From Balanoglossus misakiensis (Eukaryota; Animalia; Hemichordata), in assembly GCA_040954595.2 (NCBI GenBank), contig CM082589.2:3362213-3426212 (forward strand): 64,000 nucleotides of DNA. The letters are read 5' to 3'. This document shows, in pieces, positions 55,852 to 64,000 of this stretch. Every line of letters begins with the position of its first letter. Positions within the stretch are counted from its first letter, which is position 1. The notes below the pieces were generated by a model, which saw only the letters and a program-made list of their open reading frames with translations, made no database searches and was not told the DNA's origin. A program made the translations under genes and the position numbers.

Positions 55852-58718
55852 ATGTCGTTCGGCAGAGGAGATCTCGGTGGCGGCCTCAGCGAAGCAGGTG
55901 GTTATTCCACTTACCAAGCTGCTGATAGTAAGTACACTTACATCGGTGTTGTCCTGGCCAAAGCCTCCCGGGCCAGTTGGTGTTCACTTATCATGCTGGC
56001 TAATGACTATTGCTAAATATCGAAATAACATACTTCAAAATCTAACAATTTCTCTCTTCAAACTCAAGTAAATTAGAATTTTCCTCTTGTGCAATAGGCG
56101 AGTCATGAAGTTGCACTTTGTTTCAAACACATATGGAATTGAGAGATGAGGAAAATACCGTTGCTGTCATAAGCCACTCTGATATAAGAAACCCCAACAC
56201 ATACATGTATATGTACTTGCACTCTTGTAGCAAACTTCACTGTACATCGTAGTAAACTTGATAGTAATATGTGATACATGATTAACAACTGTGGCATATG
56301 ATAATCTTTTTCTTTTTCTTTTGGAGTAATATTTTTCTGGTTGTGATTGTAAGGATTGACTGAGGTGTAAGATAAGTAGTCATGGATGACATCATTGTAG
56401 ATGAGTCATCATTGTAAGTCACCTGACTCTTAGCTGTGGTGTATTCTTGGTTATCAGATACACACACACACAGAGTCTACAGGTACCGTAGCAGTAAAAG
56501 ACAGTCAGTGGGTCTACCTACAAGTAGTCAACAACTGTATCTTCTATAAGATTTATAAGATTTCATCTGTTTGTATGAGAAGAATTCCAGCGTGTTAATG
56601 TACATAGATAAACATGTATTCAGGTATTAGTGCAGATGTTTGTCTATAAATTATTTCACTGACAAATTTTGAATGTCATACTGGTATTTAGTGTTATAAC
56701 TGCTACTTATCGATATACGTTTGTGCTGGGTATACTATGGTTACTAATCATTCGTTTCCTTGTATTTTCTTGACATTTCACAGGAAGGGATAGTTCCAGT
56801 GAATTTTCGCGACTTTCTCAAGTTACCAGCAGTAACATTCAGAAGATAACACAAAATGGTAAGTTATCAAGTTCGATTTGTATTGAAACTGTTTGCAATC
56901 AATAAATCAGAAACTTTTGTATTTTTTCTGTCATTTTAATATTGTATCCTGGCATCATATTTATGCAAGATGTTTCTGCTGGTTCTATTCTTCAGTTCAC
57001 GCCATTCAGAGGATGGTTAATAAACTGGGGACACCAGAAGACAATCATGATCTACGAGAAAAATTGTAAGTTGTCTCATAACTATTTGACATTGCACCTA
57101 TTTGACCAGAAAGGGGGAGGGGAAGTATAAATATCATTTCAACACCACTCTTATTTTCTTGATATTCTAAAATGCCAATTTTCTTCTTCATTTTCAGACA
57201 TGATCTTCAACATTACACAAATCAATTGGCAAAGGACACCAACAGATATTTAAAAGATTTGTCAGCTTTGCCAGTAGCGGAGTCAGAATCTGATCAGGTG
57301 AGCGTGGATTTCTTCTTTTCCTTTTCCTTGGTATAAAATTTTGTGTAGTCATTTCTGAAGTAAACAACTGATGGAAGAATCTTGTCAAGCAACTTTTTTG
57401 TTTTCTTGTGAGCTACAGTGTGTTATCAATGTCTGGGTGACAGTTTAACATCCATCTATATCATACTTCATTTTCCCCAACAGAGGCAGAGAAAAATGCA
57501 AAAAGAAAGGCTAACAAACGAGTTCACATCAGTTCTGAATAACTTCCAAAGTGTTCAACGCCGGGCGGCAGAGAAGGAGAAAGAGGAGTATGCCAGAGCT
57601 AGGGCTGCTTCCGGAAGAGGATCAGATCTAACGAGGGTAAGTGTATATAGAACAAAATAGATATAAACATTGATAGCCAGAAAAATTATTGTAAACAGAA
57701 ACGACAGAATGAACCCAGCATGCTCTGTTGATGATATGGTCGAGATTTCTTCATTCCAATGACATAGACTTTTTATTTCATGAATATTTCCCATTCTAGA
57801 CTCCATTTGACAGTTCCGGTGAGGATCACCTTATATCATTAGAAAGGTAAGATTCTCAAAATGTATTGTCAATTGAATTATATAATTATGTTCAAATTAA
57901 ACAACTCAATCATAATAGTTCTTCAAACACAATACAATTAACTTTTCGTCATTCACCAGTCCTGCAGAGAGACAGGCGCCCTCACAGATGATGCTACAAG
58001 ACGAAGGTGACCTTGAAGCTCTTAAGGAAAGAGAGACGGCCCTTAGGAAATTGGAGGTAAGATGTGTTTGTATTCACCATTCATACAAGATGCATTCAGT
58101 AAACCTGTCTTTTCTCATTAACCGTACTTTCTGATTGACTGTAGAGTACAGTGTATTGTTCATATATTCTTGATCTTCTCAGATTCTAATCTTTTTTTCT
58201 TCTCTTGTGTTTCAGTCGGACATTTTAGATGTAAATCAGATATTTAAAGATCTGGCTACCATGGTACACGAACAGGGAGAGATGGTTGGTAAGTTGAGAT
58301 TTTTGTATGTCTAGGGGGTGTTATCAGTAAACTACATGTAACTGCAGGTTGAAGTGTGTGAAGGCAATGGACCGAGTTTGACCTGAATGATCTGCTTTGC
58401 TCTTCAGATAGCATAGAGGCCAATGTCGAGAGCGCACAGATCCATGTGGAAGAGGGTAACACACAACTGAGCCAGGCCAGGAACTATCAGGTGAGATATG
58501 CTGTGGCATTGTGCGTTTTCAATCCTGGTAATCCACATTTTCCTTCAATTAAGCTCCACTTGTCAAAAAATAACAAAAAGTTCAACTCGATTAACCCAAA
58601 TGTAAACATTCTTCTTTTCTTGCAGAAAAAGGCGAGACGAAAAATTTTCATCTTCATCATTGTGCTAATAATAGTCCTTGCAATAGTTGCGCTTATCATT
58701 TATCTAAGTGTCAGATAA
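55852..58718 (+). CDS. STX7: Syntaxin-7/12-like endosomal Qa-SNARE (288 aa, 10 coding exons)
   Basis: Exons 55852-55927, 56784-56858, 56996-57065, 57198-57297, 57484-57636, 57800-57846, 57960-58056, 58216-58288, 58408-58490 and 58626-58718 total 867 nt. Habc region [57 protein letters not shown] motif [45 protein letters not shown]-terminal [23 protein letters not shown]. It is equally related to STX12. Confidence 0.96.
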
Positions 58719-60316
58719 AAAGCAGGCAGCCGTATTCCCAGCATACAGTTCTTCATCCTTGAAAGGAACCAAGTTAATTTTGAAAGAGAAGGGAAAAAAG
58801 ATTACTCCAAGGCAGGACAATACTCATGTATATTTGTAAATAATTATTACTCCATGACAGTATATTGCGTAATGTTCATGTATTATTGGTATAGCCATCA
58901 ACAATGCATTTATAGGTCTTTTTCTTTGCATTTTCAATTCAGTGCACATGGTAGCCTTACTTTCCCCCTCCCCTCTCCAACCTCCAGGTTATACCAAAGT
59001 GCAATGTTATTTTTTTCAAAGTTTCGTAAATTGTTCAGGTTTTGGAAATAAGATTTCTAAAGTAAATGACACAAGTTATGTTATTTTACTGTGGTCTTTA
59101 ATAGATGCGTTCATTCTTATTGAACATGGATGGGTTTTTTTGTGTAGTAATGACCTGTGTCATTATTACCTGTGATATGATACATGGTTATGTATCATGT
59201 ACCTGCATACAGATTGTATTACTTTACAGTTGAATATTCTGCAACTCACAATAGTTAGTGAAGTAATTAGTAGTCATACTGCCACTACTGTTAGAGAGAG
59301 AGATTGTGATAATATTGTAAATAGCAATGCTTGTAATGCAAGGAGTAATGTAATGTCCTGCGTTATAAAAATAATCCCTATAATGATAAATGAAATGGTG
59401 CATGGTTTAGAAGTCATGTGAAGTATCATATATTGCTGCTATCAGTTTTCATGGGTTTTAAAGATGACTTGGCAAATAGTTTACCTTTCAATTTGGACAC
59501 GGTAAATTTCTGCTGGGTGTGTATAGAAGTGGTTGAGGTATTGGAGTAATGAGATTTTTCTGTTTGATGGGGCAACAAATGTCACAGTACTGTAAAGTCA
59601 GCTGGCTCAGCAGTAATTTTGGGAATTGTCAGTTTCCATGCAAATTGGGCATGAAATTCCACTGGTCTGTTCTGCAGTGATTGTGTCGCTATTGGTTTAT
59701 TCATCAGACATATCATGTCCAGTAGCAGGACCACACTTCATGTAAATTATTAAATGCTTTCTGGAATTTTCGCCACAGCGAAGCCTCAGTGTCATACCAG
59801 ACAAAATGTGTACAAGACTAACAATTATGAACCAAAAAAGCTCACACAAGCTGGCTGCTGATCAGCCACCCTTCAAAATGCTAACATCACTAGTAAGATA
59901 TAGTTAATTGAATGTGTGTGTGCAACCACTGTACATGTAATATCAAGGTGTCAATGTTATAAAAATATATAATGAACAAAACTGAATGAGTGTGTTGGTG
60001 TTTGATTCTGTAAGTTTTATTCTGTTGAGATATGTTTCTGGAGCTGCTTCTGTTCCAAAGTATTGCTGTCTTTATATTCTGTTTAGGTGTCTAGAGCGAT
60101 GGCTTCTCGACCAAAAAGCTTTAGTGTACGTAATGTGTCCAGTGTTGAGAGATCAACATGAAAATAAACATATAAAATTTTCATTGTCTATGACACAGAA
60201 GGAAGTTGGCTATCAACGCTGACATAAAACCAACGCATTCTGTCATCGTGTTCATCTGAGTCATTTTCTTGGAAATGACCTCATTGCATTGACCGATAGA
60301 CTAGGGGGGCTTTGTA

Positions 60317-60331
60317 TAGCGCCCTCTGGTG
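60317..60331 (-). promoter_or_regulatory. Candidate CTCF-binding motif
   Basis: The reverse complement CACCAGAGGGCGCTA is a near-perfect CTCF core consensus. It lies between the convergent syntaxin and stathmin-domain genes. Confidence 0.55.
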
Positions 60332-62622
60332 ACAGAAAAGCATTCTCTTGTCCACTTCAACAGGTGTCAAAGTTGAACAGTCCGATGACCTCAGAAAGCT
60401 GTCTTCTGTGTTTTATTGATTTTTCACTGTCAACGGAGATAAAGCAACAAAAGAAAACATTACTATTTAATCAAACTTTATAGAAGTAATAAGGTAATCA
60501 CATAAATTCAACAAGAGACATCAGTTTTATTACTGGGACTTGTACATGAGGTTAAAGACCTCTGAGTGGTCTTTTTGGTTGCCTCAGAAAAATAGACATT
60601 TAGCTTTTATGTTTTTTAGTTGATGACCATGCATTAATAGTCTAGAACCACCCTAACTTTGTGTTTATTTACTTTGCATCTGGAATGTAGTGGAAACTTG
60701 AATCTGTGCATGTTTGCAGATCGCATAACTGAATTGTACAGTAAACAATGTCCTTCTGTTCTGCTATGTGATAGCTGTTGAAAAGAAACTCTGTGCTCCA
60801 ATTTCTTTGACCTTTGCCTCAAAGCCTGTAACATTGGTATTTCATCTGAGACGTTTTAATGGTGTGTGTGTGTGACCCCTATAATGGCTAATCTATATCT
60901 CTAGATATCAAGGAATTAATTCCGAAGCAGGAGATCTCTTAGAGGAATTCCAAGACTTTGAAAAGAATTATACATGTATGCAATCCACAAGTCTTAAAAG
61001 AGATAATATATTATTAATGTACTATAACACAGATGAATGAGCATCAGTTATTGAGACATAGTCTGCATTTTGAAATTTCAGAGTTGCTGTGAATATATTA
61101 AAGGTATATCACTTAAATTTTTACATTCCTTTTTCATCAGTCTTTATAATTGAATTATGACACTGCATTTTATTGTTTGACTAATGAAAAACTGCAGTGT
61201 TTGATATAATAATTACATATTTCATCTTAGTTTCAAATTATTCAAAAATTCTGATCTGTTGGAATAAATAATGAAACTCAACACCTATCCACACAAAATG
61301 GTTTATGAATTTCTATTCAAGCTCTCTTAGCAACTTGCATTTATAAATAACTGAGCTTATTGTTAGATAATAGCGTCAGGTGTAAAAATCAATAGCATAG
61401 ACCGGTTGCTATTTGGACAATCCCATAGTTCAGTGCTAATGCAGGGACCCACTCAATGCTACAATCTAAATATTATAATTCTCATGGAAACATTTGTTTT
61501 GCAAACACGTCCATAGCTCTCTGCAGGGAGACTTTTTAGTAAGACAGAATTGTCACTGTCTTTAAAGATAAGCCTTGCTACAGATATCTCTTACATTCCA
61601 TAGATTAGTTGTGTTGTCTGTAACCTTTGGTCCAAAGGAAAACTTAGGCACCTAATCTGATATAAACCCCTCCACATTATTTAGTCAAAATGAACTTACA
61701 GTCCTCCACAGACAAATTTTATAGCTTTGTGAAATTGCGCCTGATACATACAACCTTGTGATAGGATCAATACTCTATGCATCTTGAATGTAAAGTCATG
61801 GAATTAACTGGGGTTTACAATCAGCAACACACACAAAAAATATAAAAAAACTCAAAACACACCAACGATATTACTTTATCAAACAGCACACAGTTTATTT
61901 TATATCAATCAATATGTCGAAAATTCCATTAATTCAAGGAATTACAAAATAACATCAATATCAAAAACACTACTTGTCTACATAAATTCTGAATGCTTTG
62001 TTCCAAAGCTCACATTGCAAATGTTTTTATCATGGATGGAATTGAACAGGAAAAGACTTCCTTTGGCAGCATAATTTTTTTTTTTTTTTTTTAATTTGAA
62101 ATCCAAAAACTACCTCTAGAGTAATAAAATTAATGATTTATTTACAAAATGTGTTCTTGAGAGATGTTTTTGTTATTTACAATACTCTAAAATAGAGTTC
62201 ATTAAAAAAAGTTGTTCAAAGGTACGGCTTTACCATTTCAAAGCAAAAAAAATAAAAAATCCCCCAAACCCCAACTAACTATATGTTCATTGAACAGAAT
62301 ATCACCAGCTGTATCATCACGGTGAAAGATTGTTTCACTAAGTACTCGTACATATCCTTATCAAACCCCAATCAAATGTTAGCTATTATAAGTACACTTT
62401 GTAAATATTGGACCGGCCAATATTAGAGGCCACGGCTAACTTACACACTATCAACAAAAACCCAAAATCATCGGTGACAGACTATTACATGTGTATCTGC
62501 ATGAACATAAGTTATGAAATGGAAAAGTATTTCAGTCAAGAAAATCTTTGAAATGACTCAGCCGAAACTGATAAATTCTGAGTTTGCATATTTCGTTATC
62601 TATCTATATCCTACCAGACCTA

Positions 62623-63484
62623 CTACGCTTCCATGGGTAGCTGGCTTTCTGTCTGTTTTTCCCCTGATTCAGTTTGTTCTAAATTTTCTCCCGGTTCTTG
62701 TCCTAACTTTTCCGCCTCTGCTTGTCTCTGCAATTTCAACTGTCTCACTCTCTCCGCGTGCTCTCGTCTCTTCTGCGCCTTTTCTTGCTGTTCTCGAAAT
62801 TTCGCCTCCCGATTCAAAGTGGCACGGTCGACTTTCTCGTGTGATTGTTCAGCAACCTTTTTCTGTGTCTCGGCAAATGCGTCCAAAGCTTCCATTTGTT
62901 TCTCTCTGCTGATCTGCCCAGCCAGTTTCTCTTTCAATTCTTGTTCTCTAGCCTGGAGGTGAAAAAAATGATAATGATTAGAGTTGTGAATCACGGTTAT
63001 GGATCATATTTTGCAACATTCCAACACTCAGTAATTCAACATGAAGACAACCAAATTTTCCACCGTTATGTAACAAAATGTTTTTTTTACTGCCAAATTT
63101 TACTTTTGCCTAACCCACACTGCACAAACTTGACAAAGCTACCATCAATTGTATTACTGGATATCCCTCAAAATAATTCACAGAAAAAAAACCCACGAAC
63201 CTTTCTCCTTTCTTCAGCTGCTATCAACTTGGCTTCCAACTGCTCTTTGGTCAGGTGCTTCTTCTTCTTCTTCTTTTTCAATTTCGCCAACCTGGGAGGA
63301 GGTCGCCTGGCGTCGAGTTGTCCTCCGTCAGAGAGCATCACCTCAAACGCCAGACCAGTCCCCTTGGACTTTGGCCTGCTCAGAAGCAGACCCTGTTGTT
63401 GAAGTTCTTCTAAAATGTCATCAGTTCCCCTGTTCTTGCCGCTTCGTTTTCTCGTTTGTATCTGTGTACCCGTCAGCGTAAAAT
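62623..63484 (-). CDS. STMND1-like: Stathmin-domain-containing protein (STMND1-like), last two coding exons (5'-partial)
   Basis: Exons 63484-63201 (DDILEELQQQGLL..GLAFEVML..RRPPPRLAKLKKKKKKHLTKEQLEAKLIAAEERRK|gttcgt) and 62952-62623 (AREQELKEKL..ATLNREAKFREQQEKAQKRREHAERVRQLK). AFEV.L, AAEERRK and HAE.VR are stathmin hallmarks, and DILEEL..QG is typical of STMND1. Confidence 0.88.
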
Positions 63485-64000
63485 CTAGTAAAAACGATAA
63501 AAAGCAAACATTAGGTTGAAAAACCTGATTGACCGGGGTTCTGTCATATTACTAGGTACGCAATGTACATGGACCTTCTTTGATGAAATGGACATTACAC
63601 GCACCTACTCCTTACAGGTGACGCGTCTCCCAGCCCGCAATCCACTGCCAATATTCCCCCGTACGCAGAGTAGAAATGCCCTACCGCTATATGTTAAAAT
63701 CCCCAATTTACACATTGAATTTGGCTGACTTCTCACATATTAATTTTTGTTTGAATACATAATCGCGCACTTGAAACAAGACACCATGTCAGCTAGTCGC
63801 CGGCTATTGGTCGATGCTTACATAGCAACGTTGGTAACAACGCTTGTTGATGACCTTTTGACACGAATAAAATGGCGGCGTATGTACATATCATTTAATT
63901 TTCTAATGGCCGATGTGTACCTGCACTTTTGAAAATCCAGTAGCAGAGAATGTGTGCAATACAGATTTCTGAGTTTTTGTAGATGTGCATGGGGCTTCTT

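Overview
This is eukaryotic, intron-rich, AT-rich genomic DNA from a marine invertebrate. A deuterostome such as a hemichordate is plausible, but that is inference. By reading GT-AG splice sites and phases by hand I could assemble nine protein-coding genes: (1) the 3' part of an uncharacterised, probably luminal, kinase-like protein (+, 138-6015); (2,3) two tandem six-exon EgtD-like (Methyltransf_33) SAM-dependent methyltransferases (+, 10575-16095 and 17155-19482); (4,5) two tandem single-coding-exon B4GALNT1/2-like GT12 glycosyltransferases (-, 20201-21829 and 23261-24847); (6) a bombesin/GRP-receptor-like class A GPCR with a 10.8-kb first intron and degenerate activation motifs (-, 26463-38908); (7) an uncharacterised 2-TM protein with a long disordered, motif-rich tail (-, 49910-52360); (8) syntaxin-7/12 (+, 55852-58718); and (9) the 3' end of a stathmin-domain (STMND1-like) gene (-, 62623-63484). 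The most interesting part is the first 25 kb. It holds intron-containing animal copies of a typically bacterial/fungal amino-acid betaine synthase whose substrate-pocket motifs look remodelled and whose exons look homogenised by gene conversion. These sit between an orphan kinase-like protein and intronless glycosyltransferases. No tRNA/rRNA, CRISPR array or autonomous transposon was recognised. All homology calls are from motif recognition by eye, not database searches.
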